DNA of 64,000 nucleotides, from positions 4,836,001-4,900,000 of the forward strand of contig CM120642.1 in assembly GCA_051362555.1 (NCBI GenBank), given 5' to 3'. Positions 25,719 to 39,423 of the stretch are shown here, one piece after another; position 1 is the stretch's first letter, and each line of letters begins with the position of its first letter. This DNA comes from Lingula anatina. Its lineage: Eukaryota; Animalia; Brachiopoda. Both the position numbers and the translations under genes were made by a program. Under the pieces are notes generated by a model that saw only the letters and a list, made by a program, of their open reading frames with translations, was not told the origin of the DNA and made no database searches.

Positions 25719-27625
25719 TCAGCAATGACTGCCGTCTGGTGACGCAATCGCGAAAATCTTTTCCAGCGGAGCCTTAACTTCATATTTTAAAAACATCCGA
25801 GTGAATTCGTCATGAACTTTAAATGTGCTTTTATTCTGACTCAGTAATTCTTGCAAAATCTCATTCCCAACGGGAACATGCGTGTTAATAATTTCACCAA
25901 AGGTAGTCTTGTCGACTAAGCTGACAAGTAAGGTTTTCATAATGGCGGGAGTTTCACCGTAAATTGGACCAAGATTGGTATAGTTGGAATCTCGCTTAAT
26001 GGCGCCGTAACCGATTATTTCTCCTGTCCTGCCAATAGCAACTAAAGTAATGGTCGATTTATCCTTAATCCAAGCTCTTAGAAATCTTTCACGTTCAATT
26101 GTGTGTATTTTGGTGTCATAATGAAGCAGGCCATCGAACTGCACTTCACGAGAAGGAAATGTTGATACCACACAATGATCTTCTTCCAGCTTGATCTTTT
26201 CTGTTGCGATGGTACCGGAGACATGGCATATTTTCCATGATTCCACTGTAAAACCTAATCTTTTGTTTGGTCCAACTCTTTCTGCCCCAGAAAATGTGCA
26301 AAGGTTTCTATCCCCAGTGTGCTCTTTCATCCTCTGCCACAATCTTGTACCTATTCAATCAAAATTTACAAAAATTCTAAACTTCCAGTAAAAGCATTAT
26401 AATTTGCAGATGGTCGGTTGGCTTCATTGGATATTATTCACTGTATACCCGTATTTCATAAGTTCAGATCTTTTGTACGTTACAACTTTTTCTGCCACAG
26501 AGAATACGCAGAGGTTTTTATCTCCAATTTACTTCTTTCTTTTGTGTCATAATCTTGTTCCTATTCAGTCAAAATTAACCTACGTTGCTACATTAAAGGG
26601 ATAATAACTCTTCGTATGAGATCTATATTTCACAATAAAAACATAGTGAACAACTCATAGAAATATAATATATTCTGTTGTACAAGAGAAACGGCAGTTA
26701 TAGCTATTATCCTGATAGCTGAGCTTGTCTTTAGACCACGTGACCTCCATTGATGGCTATACTCTGTTATAATCTCTTAAGAGACTATAACAAAAAAAAA
26801 AAAACTTTTTAGATAAAAAAAAACAGGAACTAACTTTGAATGTTAAAATGGATTCATTAACCATTGGCAAGTACGGGAAAATTGTTGTTTACTCCAGGAA
26901 AATTCATTTTTGGCCAAAACGAAGAGTTATTATCCCTATTAAGTAAACAAGGGGTACTAAGCCTTATACGTCATCACATTCTTCAAGATAAATACGAAAG
27001 AACAATGGACTTACTTAAACTCTAGAGAAAGACAAAATATCAAAGGTGACAAACGCGTTCAAGCCTTGGTGAGCAACATGCGCATACCGAATACATGTAA
27101 TCATGTTAGAACAACCCTTCTGTTCACCCTTCGACTGTCACCTATCTCTCGCCACACATGAATAAAACATCTGAAAGTGGGGTGAAATATATTTTCAGAG
27201 ACGTTAAACTTTTTAGGCAGGCGACATCTTACCAATTCGCTGCCCACGCCACGACTCACTGACGATCCACATTCCTACAAAGGCTTCCTTTTCACTCAGG
27301 TTAAACCCCATTATAACACCTGAAACCCACAATAGATCATTCTCAATAAGTAAACTTTTTAAAATTCACATTTAAGTAATAAAATGCACGAAAAAAACTT
27401 TCTCCGGTCTTGGGCGTAGTTTTAGCAGGATGAGCGCAAAAAGCAATGTAAGTTTACTTTACCTATAACTTTCCCCTGCAACTCAGCAATAAACGATCCT
27501 TCTGGGTCGGATTCAAAGAGGGCCCTAGCAACCTCTTGGCCGTAATTCCAAGACACCATCTCAGTCAAAAGAGTTACTTCAGCCAGGTCTTCAGGGCCCA
27601 TGAGTCTTATCTTGGTTGTTGACAT
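25719..27625 (-). CDS. GNAT acetyltransferase copy F (293 aa, intact)
   Basis: Exons 27625-27463, 27319-27233 and 26350-25719; WRGQRIG motif. Confidence 0.88.
26597..26937. mobile_element. MITE in intron 2 of copy F
   Basis: 19-bp perfect TIR AGGGATAATAACTCTTCGT / ACGAAGAGTTATTATCCCT, flanked by TTAA-like sequence. Confidence 0.75.
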
Positions 27626-29296
27626 GGTGGGATATTCCCTTCCAAGTGTCCCGTAGGTCTATTTGCACGTAACATTGCATGCAGTCGTTTTTGGTCAGAA
27701 TTAGGTCACCTCGTTTGACAGCATTGAAAATGGGCCATTAACATAAAAAGGAACTGGTCTGCGGTAGTAAACTATCGCTTTAAGGTTGTCACACCTTCAC
27801 AAATTTTATGTTTTTTTAAAGTGACCATTTATAGTCCTGACATTGAATTATTAATTAAACGTCCCATCTGCAGACTGCAGAAAAGACAATCAACACAGAT
27901 ATAACACATTTGTGCTAATTTATTTAGTGTTTCTCAACGAGAACGCCTGAACTGTGATCTGTATACAAACCCAAATTGAATAAAAGTACTTGTAACTTCC
28001 TACAGAAATCTGAAAGAAATTTCAAGCATTTACACACATCAAATTATTTGATAACATAGCTATACAATCATCTTCGTCATTAATGGCCTTTGTGGCCCGT
28101 TGACAGGAAGGTCGGCGACACGACAAGTACTATCAATTTTTTTATGAAGAATTCTGGTCTACTCTTGGGTCAAAGCCTGTGTCATTTAGTGAAACTGGTT
28201 GACGCTGGATCTCTTCTTTTTGTCTTTTCCTCCTAAACTCGTCCCAGGGATGCTCTATGGGATTCACATCTGAGATAGCATGGTTGTTTCATGAGCAGAA
28301 GGTTGTTCTGTTGGAAAGAACACCTCTCCAGGCGAAAAGTGTAAAGAACTGCGTTGTTGTGTTACAAGTGAAAATTGCTCTAGAGAAATTGCCAAAAGTA
28401 AAAAGTAAAAACATGACAGGCGGAAAGTGTAAAGGGTTGCGTTGTCGTATTACAGGTGGGAATTGTTCTAGAGAAATTGTCAAAAGTTTAAACTTGACAA
28501 ATAAATCGTAAAGGCTGAGGGAAATGTGAACCGCCGCCTGCAGCTGCACGGCCACCGCACGAATACGAAGTTAAATAGTGTTTCTCAATATCCCAAAAAT
28601 TAATCTATTTTATATACGACCCTCAATTACAATTGAATAGCCTCATCCGTATTGTAACGGCATTTAGGTTCACAGTGAAATGTATTTTGTCAACATACAA
28701 ATACGTCATATACATCTGCAATAGAGGGTACCGATTTACAGCCTCGCGGGAATTCTTTTCCCTTGACTCTCTTTATCGATGCAGCATATACGTCAAAACA
28801 AATTGACTGCAAATTCAGCACGATTTTGCACCTTCAAGTATCGTAACACGTTCTCATATCATGTAACTTTTATTTCTACAAGTATTTTCTGCCCAAAATA
28901 CCAAAAGAAAAAATATTACCTCACTATGTTTCTGGAAAAACTGCTTTTTTCTCTGAGCCCACATCTTCACTCCCGTTCACCTCCACTCAGGTTCACGTCT
29001 TACACCACCACATGTCACTTCCGGCACAATCCTGTCTCCTCCTGTACCCTTGAAATTCATAATTTTTGTTCATGGCGTTTTCTTCAACTCAAGATGAACA
29101 GCCCACATCTGAGGCACATTTCACAAAACGTACTGAGCTTAAATTCTGCTTTAACAGTGACAACAAAGAATCTCAACTAAGTTGTATTCGACCAAATTTC
29201 GCTCACTATGTTACCCATTTACCAAACTAAGTCCTTTTATCCTACTATATAGTTTAATTGTCAGAAAAGCTTCAATGAATGTCTTGTCACCGAACG

Positions 29297-30832
29297 TCAG
29301 CAATGACTGCCGTCTGGTGACGCAATCGCGAAAATCTTTTCCACAGGAGCCTTCACCTCATGATGGAAAAACATCCGAGTACATTCGTCATCAACTTTAA
29401 GTGTGCTTTTATTCTCACTCAGTAATTCTTGCAAAATCTCATTCCCAATGGGCACGTACGTACTAATAATTTCACCAGAAGTAGTCTTGCCGATTAAACT
29501 GAAAAGTAAGGTTTTCATAATGGCGGTAGTTTCGCCGTAAACTGGACCAAGATTGGTATAGTTGGAATCGCGCTTAATGACGCCATAACCGACGATTTCT
29601 CCTGTCTTGCCAATAGCAACCAAAGTAATGGTCGATTTCCCCTCAATCCAAGCTCTTAGAAATCTTTCACGTTTAATTGTGTGTATTTTGGTGTCATATT
29701 GCAGCAGGCGTTCAAATTGCACATCACGGGAAGGAAACGCAGATACCATGCAATCTTCGGCCATCGTAATCTTTTCTGTTGCGACGATGCCTGATACATG
29801 GCATATTTTCCAAGATTCCACTGTAAAACCTAATCTTCTGTTGGGTCCAACTCTTTCTGCCACAGAGAATATGCAGAGGTTTCTGTCTCCAGTGTGCTCT
29901 TTTACCCTCTGCCACAATCTTGTACCTATTCAATCAAAATTCACCGAAGTTTATATTCTATAAACTCCTCAGTAAAATCATTATAATTTGCGAATGTTGA
30001 TTGGCTTCATTAGATATACTGTATACCTGTATTTCATAAGTAAACAACGAAATATTAGCAATGTTTGACATTACAAATTACATGCCACACGATAAATGCG
30101 AAAGAACAATTACATAAACTCTGGAGAAAGACAAATATCATCAGGGATAAGCGCATTCAAACCTTGGTGAGCAAAATGTGCATACCCAATGTGCGTAAGA
30201 ACGATCCCTCAGAGATAGCTTGGGGCTAATATCTCTGCTCTTAAACATGTAAGTGTAGTTTCTAGTTCGACACAGACAGCTCGAATGGCCGTCACCTATC
30301 TCCCAGCTTACATTCATAAAGTATATAAAAGTGGGGGTAAATTTTTTTGTAAATTTCCCCTCAAAGACGTTATACGTTTAGACCAGCGACTGAACGCAGA
30401 CTTTCTTACCAATACGCTGCCCACGCCACGACTTACTGACGACCCATATTCCTCCAAAGGCTTCCTCTTCACTCAGGTTGAACCCCATTACCGCACCTGT
30501 AAACCCACAACAGACCAGCATTTAATATGATTTAATTAGTTCATTTTTTACATTTCAAACGAAAAAGGAAGAAATGCACCAAAATAGCAAAACAAATTTT
30601 TTTCTCCAAATTTAGTCTTATGCGTGGTTTTAGCAACATAAAGGTGGAAACAGTATAAGTGTAGCTAACCTATAACTTTCCCCTGCAACTCAGCAATGAA
30701 CGATCCTTCTGGGCTGTATTCAAAGAGAGTCCTAACAACCTTTTGGCTGAGATTCTACGACTCTTCCTCTGTCAAACGGGTGACTTCAGCCAGGTCTTCA
30801 GGGCTCATATGTCTTATCGTGGCTGTCGACAT
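29297..30832 (-). pseudogene. GNAT copy G, complete structure with one nonsense codon (Trp26 TGG>TAG)
   Basis: Exons 30832-30670, 30496-30410 and 29925-29297; TAG at 30757-30755 where paralogs have TGG; exons 2 and 3 are open. Confidence 0.85.
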
Positions 30833-31393
30833 TGTGGGATACGTCTTCCGAGTGTCTTTGTGTAATGGCACGATACGCGCAGTGAAACTATTATATTATA
30901 TATGTATGCATGCAGTTAGCTCCCTTCTGCAGACAAAATAAGGTCATCTAAATTTAAAGAATTGGAAAATGGGTCATTTCACAATTACCCACTGTATAGG
31001 TCACGTCAGTGACGGTTACACAATGCTTTCAAACACCTTCAAAAATTGTATGATTCATGTTTTAGAAATGGATTTTTGTTATGAGCTGAGGTATAATAAT
31101 TACGTCTATAAAACGTCCCCTCTCTGGACATGTAGATGAAATAATAAACACAGATGTATCAAAAAATTGTGTTCATTTCTTCAATGTGTTTCTCCTGTAA
31201 CGCCGCATTTGTAACTGACAGCATTTTGCAACCGGTTGCAAATGTGTTACTGTTAGGTTGCAAAATGCGGCTGTACATCCCCAAAGCGGCCTGCCCTATG
31301 CAGACACTTCTTCAACAATTGATACTGATTCTTTTTAAAATACCCGCATACACCAGGCACAGTGGGTTTCCCCCTTTATCTTCATCTTATCAT

Positions 31394-31424
<31 letters not shown>

Positions 31425-32381
31425 TTTGTTTATCATCCGTAAACAAACTGTACAAAAATGTTACAGATATTTATTAGTGGGATAAATAATACTAGTATGA
31501 ACACCAAGGCAAGTCTCAATCATCGTTCAGGTGGAAACCTTTTACCTCTATGCTCCGGAAAAAGCTCATCATCTATTTGCACAATATTTGACTATCACTA
31601 ATTAACAACCACGAAAGGTGCCGATTCGTTGGGTGCGCAAAGCACGCGTATGGCTTTGAAATAAATGACTGGTGATTTGACATACATGTAGGTGGTGCGC
31701 TTCAGCTTAGGACAGTTCATCAGCCGATTGATTCACAAAGGTAGGATAAAAATTATAGATGTGTAACGAGCCTTAAAAATGTTCCCAATGGTAAGCACAA
31801 GTCCGTGTTCTGAGTTTCCAACCTAAAGAAATGGGTTTTTCAAGGGACCCGTTACTTTTTAACACACCCGAATTTGCCAGGCAATGAGTCACTATCCCTG
31901 CACAGGGATTTGCACTACCTCGGGGTCTGAATGCACACTTTCTGTTTTCGATGTCATGGTAAAAGGTATATACCGTCCACAAGTGAAATTGACCCAACAT
32001 CATGTTTTGCAAAGGTACTCAGGCCTACCCAACTACCAGACTCGGCACATAAGGATCCTGGATTAACCGGTATATCGGACCACACTACCCGTTTTCAAGG
32101 TGTGTGTTATAATATAGGGCAACTTTATGTAAGCAGTCGTTGTCTATGCACTGACAAATATACGTCGTCATGATTTAAATTATGGTTAATGTGGTACAAG
32201 AGAAATTATCATACATAATGTGAGCGTCACTGACAGAAATCAGAGGTTAACTTTTACAGAAAGGTGTCTTTGGAATGCTTTGGAATGTATAAAATGATAG
32301 TGACTTTTTTCAGTACTAAGACAACTACCGACTGCCTACAGTCCCGCTATGTACCACTGCATAAAGACACTGGTGAGAAAT

Positions 32382-32901
32382 ATGTCGACAGCCACGATAA
32401 GACATATGCGGCCTGCAGACCTGGCTTAAGTTACTAGTTTGACAGAGAAAGAGTCGTGGAATCTCAACCAAGAAGTTGTAAGGGCTCTCTCTGAATACAG
32501 CCCAGAAGGAACGTTTATTGCTGAATTGCAGGGTTGTAGGTAAAGTAAACTTTTGATTTTTTTCTCTATCGACAACCAATACACTACCCAGCGAACACGT
32601 TCGGATCAAGTGTCTAGCACGTTGCTACCACGTTATAAGTCTAAGCGACGGATTGACCACGTGGTACCAACGTGACGTGTTTGATGGGTATCTTTCTGAA
32701 AGGTCTGGTGTAATTACTGTTTTGTTGTGCATTTCCCTTTTTTTTACAATGCGTTTAAAATTTAAAGTAAAATTGTACAAAATCATATTAAATTTAATGT
32801 GGTCTGGTTTGCAGGTGTTGTAATAGGATTTAACATGAATGAAAAGGAATCATTTGGAGGAATGTGGATCGTCAGTAAGCAGCATCGTGGACAGCGTATT
32901 G
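32382..32901 (+). pseudogene. GNAT copy H, exons 1-2 only
   Basis: Exon 1 at 32382-32539 has a TAA and a small deletion; exon 2 at 32815-32901; intron-2 homology to copies J/L stops near 33190. Confidence 0.85.
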
Positions 32902-33404
32902 GTAAGATAGTTAACTCTGTCTTGAGTCGCCTTTGCTAACGGAGAACACTTTGCCAACTCAGTTTCAGAAGACATTGGGAATTCAACTTTCTACTACATG
33001 TATCGCCTTCATTTGTTAATTACATATTGCTCACATAAATTGGTTTATTTTATTACCCAGTGCCCGGTTGTACCAGGGAATTATATCGGATATAATTCCC
33101 AGGTTGTACCAACGCTTCATAAATTTATTCCGCTACGGTTGTGCGTGTAGTAAACTGCAACGCCTGGCGCCCGTGTGCCAGGGTCTACTCCCCGTGGCGG
33201 GGCAAGTTGGCCCCCCTGACGTCAACTGCGTTTTTTTGTCAAGTTGTGAGCCACTTGGCATTATTTATGAAAAATAATGACGTTGTATACGTGTCTTAGT
33301 TCATGGGGCTTGCTTTGAGCCCATTTTCTTTACTCTAAATCATTCCTAGTTGGCTCTATAAGACCAAAAGTGTCTAACTAGGCCAACTAGCCCAGTGTGG
33401 CAGG

Positions 33405-33620
33405 AGTGCACGTCCTAGTAACGCAAGTCCGCCCGGACATTAAGTCCTGGGAATGCAAGTCCTAGGGCATGCATTGCTAGGAATGGAAGTCCTAGGACAT
33501 ACGTTACTAGGATTCAATGTCCGTAGGACGAAGGCTCCCAAGTAATGTAAGTCCTACGTGTAGTAATGCACGTCCTAATGGGACGTGCGTTCCTAACATT
33601 TTAGTAACGCATGTCCTATA
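33405..33620. repeat. Degenerate ~16-bp tandem repeat (GTCCTAG core), probably transposon subterminal repeats
   Basis: Recurring (C/A)GTCCTAG...ACGCA units; related AGGACT/AGTCC units at ~35740-35935 and ~42247-42390. Confidence 0.55.
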
Positions 33621-35949
33621 TAGTTTACACCAAGAAATGACATGAATAAATAGATATAGAGACATGCTAGTTTTAAAGATATAATAAACGTTTGCTTTAT
33701 TGTATTTATATGACATTTTATCTTTATATTTTACAATGTTTTCCGATAGGCAGTTTATATGCATATAAATGAAGAAACAAAAACAGTTTATTTATTTTAT
33801 GTGTATTTTTCATCTAGTAAACGCAAATTTTGACGTGTTAACGCATATTTTTGGCGTACTCCTCCCTCATTGCACAATATGTATGAGCCTGGTTTGCCCG
33901 ATTTTTTTTTAACAAAATAAGGCACCATCCAAAGTCATCCCTTATTTTCATCCTTTGAGGTATATGTACAGTGTCATGGCCAGAAATGCGCAGCATTCAC
34001 GCGATACGCGAGGGCGCTACAGTAGGGCTTCACGTGACTCAACTAGCCAATCACAGCACAACAATGGCATCGCACACAGACTCTGTGATTAGTGCTCAGC
34101 CCATTGTCAAGTAGTGTTAGTTCATGGTAACAAGCGTCTGACATGTGCAGAGAAATTTATCGTAATATATATTGTTGTTATTGTTACATTATTAAATCTA
34201 ACTCTGTATCCAAGTAGTCACTATACTGTACCAAGTCAGGTACTGATGATGTGCAGAGGTCATATATTCCAGAATAAGCCATTACCACTAATTTATAACT
34301 TTAATTTTGTTTAATATGTTATTCATGAAAGAGATAATGAAAGATTATTTTAATTTGTTAAATCGTGATCTTATTCTTTTTATATTCAAATAATTGAATA
34401 AAGTGGGTAAAATTGGTCTTCCACTTCTTATTTGCATTTTTCCTTTACTACAAGATTATTTTGGAACAGTTGCAGCATTAAAATTTAAAATTAATAGCAA
34501 TCTGAAAGAAGAATTTTGCAATATTATTAAATGATGATAGGAATTTTGGATTAAGAGATAAGTTAAATACTGAGTAGTGATATTGTCAGTCAATTTATGT
34601 AGAATCTGACAATATGATTGAAAATACTGATTGAATTCTTGGCCTTGCACTGGGCAGTTTCACATTTGTGCCAAGTGCTTTTTTTGAACTCCATTGTACA
34701 GTGGTAAAAGTTCTTCAATTGCCATGAAAGTTTTTAATCAGACTGTGTATGGTGCTGCTATCTGCTGGTGCTATTGGCAACGAATGAGTTTGCCTTTGTT
34801 TCTGAGTGAATCTACCGTCTAAAATCACTATTTCTGAAAATATGTGCGTTTTTGCTGAGGGTAGGCTAGGCAATACACGGCAAACTTCTTAGTACGTGTG
34901 TACAACAGAATTTTTTGGTCAGGAGTTGCTTGAGGCATAGCACAGCGTTGCTGTCTATCGGCATCAGGCCGTTAGTTTGTCAATTATCACGAAGTATACC
35001 CACGAATCGCGAACCCATTCATTTTCCTATGGCAATCTAGCAACTCATTAAAAGTGCACGCATGCGCAGTGGGCTAAGCGTGACGTCATGCAGTGCATTT
35101 CTTGGGATGATATTATTTCATGTCCTTTCTACTGGGGTGTACCTTTTGTGTTTTGCGTCGAAATTCTTATTTTCTGTCCCTCTCTCTCTTTTTCAAAACC
35201 TTATTCCTAAGAGAAAAATCACTTTACATAAAACGCGGGATCTCCGTTCTTAGATTTATTTTTCGGTTTACACTCGCTGAAATTTAAAAAAAACTCAAAC
35301 TCGATGGAAATTTGCTCTTGGAAAGTATGGGCTGAGATTTAAGACAAACCAAGACAGTTTAGAAATTGAAAATTGCAATATATGTATATAATGTTCTGTA
35401 ATAACCCTTTGCTATTTTGGTGCTTTGACACTTAAAAGACAAGACAAAAAAAGTTGTAAATGTAATGAGCACGGAATTTCGAACACATATTAGACATTAA
35501 AAACATCATTAAACATTTTGCTACAATTTATAATTAGGGGGAAGGGGGGGAAGGTCAAATGTCAAAGGTAGGTCTCCAACCCGTAGGTTCATGAATTCTT
35601 ATCATAGTCTTGCACGCTAACCACTACACAGACGAGCTGAAGTTGCAAACTACTTATTTTTTGTCTCATATATGGCTCACCAGAAGGATTTCATATACAT
35701 TTATAGTTTTATCATTTAACAGTATTATTGGCTAAGGATAGGACTTTCAAATGGCCGGACTTTTATTACTGTCATAGGTGTAACAGGAATAAAAGTCCGA
35801 CAGTAATACAAGTCCTACCTACTATAATTATGGGCCAGGAACCTAAGTCCCTGTAGGACTACTATTCCCAAGTAATGTTAGTCCTACAGACAACCATTAC
35901 CAGGAACCGAAGGACCTCGGTTCCTGGGGGACTTGGATTACTGTTACAC

Positions 35950-36090
35950 CGGCGACAATTTGTGCCATCAATGCCTACACAATTTGTCGCTACCGAAAGA
36001 CGACAATTTGTGCCGGTGGCAAATTGTGCCGGCAACAATTTGTGCCGACAGCCCCTGCACAAATTGTCGCCGGCGACAATTTGTACATTG
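35950..36090. repeat. Short CGACAATTTGTGCC repeats in both orientations (second copy ~43585-43720)
   Basis: Seen directly; duplicated along with the surrounding segment. Confidence 0.75.
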
Positions 36091-36150
36091 TCACCTACAA
36101 GTATTTCTCAGAACACATTCATAAAGCATAAGATACAGAAATGTTCTTAC

Positions 36151-36531
36151 CAATACGTTGTCCACGCCACGGCTTACTGACGATCCACATATCTCCATGG
36201 GCCTCCTCCTCGTTTATGTTAAACCCCATTATCACACCTTGAAACACACAATCGCCCACTCTGCATTTTATATAATTTGATTTGTTCATTTTTATATTCC
36301 TATAGTATAACAGTCTTACGCGTAGTTGTAGCAACATAAAGGTGGGAAAAAATGTAAATTTAGTTTATCTACAACTTTCCCTTGCATCTCAGCAATAAAC
36401 GATCCTTCCGGGCTGGATTCGAAGAGAGCGCTTACAACCTCTTGGCTGTAATTTCACGACACCATCTCCGTCAAAAGAGTTACTTCGACCACGTCTTCAA
36501 GCCGCATATGTCTTATGGTAGCTGTTGCCAT
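36151..36531 (-). pseudogene. GNAT copy I, exons 1-2 only
   Basis: Exon 1 at 36531-36369 has a TGA in place of Trp and a donor GT>AT change; exon 2 at 36237-36151; no adjacent exon 3. Confidence 0.85.
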
Positions 36532-37574
36532 GGTGAGGTTTCTCTTACCAGTTATGTTCTAATTCGTTAACAAACATAAAATATTTATTGTATAAACACA
36601 GACACAGTGTTAGGGGTGGAAGCGCTCGTTTCGTTCCATGTGCTTTATTTCCAGTTGAAAGTATTGCCATAAATACAGGCACTGGTGAACATTGAAAACC
36701 GTAATTATATTCTTGCTATTATTATTTTTATTTTTTAACAAACTTTGAACGAAATGATTAAAACAAATATATGTAAAACGCAAATCTTTTTAAAAGGGTA
36801 ATAAAATAATAATGATAATGATCAGTTCTTGAGTTTGTTTTTTTTAAGAAAACTCCATCTTGATTTGTCTTCTGCCGTACCAGGATCCGAGCTGAAAAAT
36901 TAAAACGTTCTGATATGAAATTAATAAAACACTGAAAAGCTTGAACCAAGACTAAAACTAATTTCTCTATTCTTTCTAATCTTAACTTATCATATCTCGT
37001 ATTTATTTATGAAATATATTTTTTTAAACAAACAAACTTAACATCTTTTTTTAATTGATAAAGTAAAAATCCTTCAAATTGGGTGGGTGGGAGGGAATTA
37101 TAAATATTCTCTGCTTGCATCACGGAATGCGAAAGAGCCTTCGAATGACCTAACTCTCAAATCTACTTTTCATCATCACCTTCTATTTGATAATACTACT
37201 CAAGTGACCAGTCACATGATATTAACACTACTCAGACCATACTGGACCGTTCACACAAAAACTTACCACGTGTCTGCGTACCCACAACAAATATATTAGT
37301 ATGTTAAGGTACGTACTGTAGCGCAACTATATGTAAGCAGATATAGGTCGTCATGATTTAAATTATTGCAAATGTAATGGTACATGAGTGAAGCAATTAT
37401 CATACATAATGTGATCGTCACTGACGCAATTCAAGGGTTAACTTTTGCAGATAGGTGCCTTTGGAATGCATTGGAATGCATGAAATGATAGTGATTTTAT
37501 TCAGTACTAAGACAACTACCGACTGCCTACAGTCCCGCTATGTACCACTGCATAAAGACACTGGTGAGAAATAT

Positions 37575-37706
37575 AATATAATATAATATAATATAATATA
37601 ATATAATATAATATAATATAATAATCTTTATTGAGCACTAAAATGCATACACATTACATTTTACAGGCTCTCTACACTAGTCATAACAGCTTAACAACAA
37701 TTATAC
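37575..37706 (-). mobile_element. Probable 5'-truncated non-LTR retrotransposon 3' tail inserted just upstream of the copy J start codon
   Basis: Minus strand ends AATAAA followed by a pentamer (ATATT)n tail; AAATAT on both sides; absent in paralogs H (GAGAAATATGTCG) and L. Confidence 0.65.
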
Positions 37707-37710
37707 AAAT

Positions 37711-39423
37711 ATGTCGACAGCCACGATAAGACATATGCGGCCTGCAGACTTGGTTGAAGTTGTTAGTTTGACAGAGAAGGAGTCCTGGAATCTCAGCCAA
37801 GAGGTTGTTAGGACTCTCTTTGAATACTGCCCAGAAGGATCGTTTATTGCTGAATTGCAGGGGAAAGTTGTAGGTAAACTAAAATTTTAATTTTTTTTCT
37901 CTAACGACAACCAATCCACTACCCAGCAAACGCGTCACGTTCAGATCACGTGGCTAGCACGTTCATACCACATGGATTAACAACGTGGTATCAACGTGAC
38001 GTGTTTGATGGGTACTTTCTGAAAGGTTTGGTGTAATTACTGTTTTGCCGTGCATATCCTGTTTATTTAACAATGCGTGAAAAGTGAAAAATGTACAAAG
38101 CATATTAAGTTTAATGTGGTCTGGTTTGCAGGTGCTGTAATGGGATTTAACCTGAATGAAGAGGAATCATTTGGGGGGATGTGGATCGTCAGTAAGCAGC
38201 ATCGTGGACAGCGTATTGGTAAGATAGTAAACTCTGACTTGAGTACCCTTTTCTAACGGAGAACACGTTTGAGAAGTTTCAGAAGACTCTGGGAATTCAA
38301 CTTTCTACTACATGTATCGCCATCATTTGTTGTACATATTGCTCACGTAAATTGGTTTATTTTATTACCCAGTGCCCGGTTCTACCAAGGCTTCGTAAAT
38401 TTGTTCCGCTACGGTTGTAGAAAACTGCAACGCTTGTCGTCCGTGCGCCAGGGTCTACTCTCCCTATTTACTCCTATTGAACGAAGACAACATTTACTAC
38501 GCTCCACTAACGATTCGTTATATATATTGCTCCAAACACTTTGTTACTCCATTTGTATGCAAACTGACAATGTTTGAGCAAATCTTGATAATAAACATTA
38601 AAGACCATTTTATGCGCACAGTATGTATAGTCTACGGTTAAAGTCTTGAGGTTGCTCAGTATCAGTATCAGTACTGTTTATTGTCAAGACTTGCTCACAC
38701 TTTGTCACTCCATTTCGCAAAATACATGTATAATGATGAATTTACTGTGGCGCTAATGATACAGACGTCTTCAATTTTGATTTAATAGGCACAATGTTGT
38801 TGCAGAGGCTAAAAGAGCACATTGGAGATAGGAATATCGGCATATTCTCCGACGCAGAGAGCGTGGAAGCCAACAAAAGATATGGTTTTTCGGCGGAGTC
38901 ATGGAAAATATGCCATGTATCCGGCATTATCGCAACTGAAAAGATCAAATTAGCAGAAGATTGCATGGTGCATGTATATGCGTTTCCCTCTCGTCACGTG
39001 CAATTTGATGACCTGTTTCAATATGACACCAAAATACACTCAGTGGAACGGGAAAGATTCCTAAGAGTTTGGACTCAGGGAAAATCGACCATAACCTTGG
39101 TTGCTATTGGCAGGACAGGAGAAATCGTCGGTTACGGCGTCATTAAGCGCTATTCCAATTACGCCGTAGTTGGACCAATTTACGGTGAAACTCCTTCCAT
39201 TATGAAAACCTTACTTGTCAGTTTAATCCGCAAGACTACTTTTGGTGAAAATATCAACATGTCGGTACCAGTTGAGAGTGAGATTTTGCAAGAATTACTG
39301 GTTGAGAATAAAAGCACGCTCAAAGTTCTTTCGGAAGAGACCCGGATGTTTTTCCATCATGAAGTTAAGGTTCCATTGGAAAAGATTTTGGCGATTACGT
39401 CATCAGAAGCCAGCCATTGTTGA
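37711..39423 (+). CDS. GNAT acetyltransferase copy J (294 aa, intact)
   Basis: Exons 37711-37873, 38132-38218 and 38789-39423; canonical splice sites; HRGQRIG motif. Confidence 0.9.

Noticed and set aside
35950-36090. CGACAATTTGTGCC repeats (also 43585-43720) and GTCCTAG repeats (33405-33620) as a CRISPR-like array
   Set aside because: The units are ~15 bp, degenerate and in mixed orientation, with no unique regular spacers and no cas genes; the context is eukaryotic. They fit transposon subterminal repeats better.
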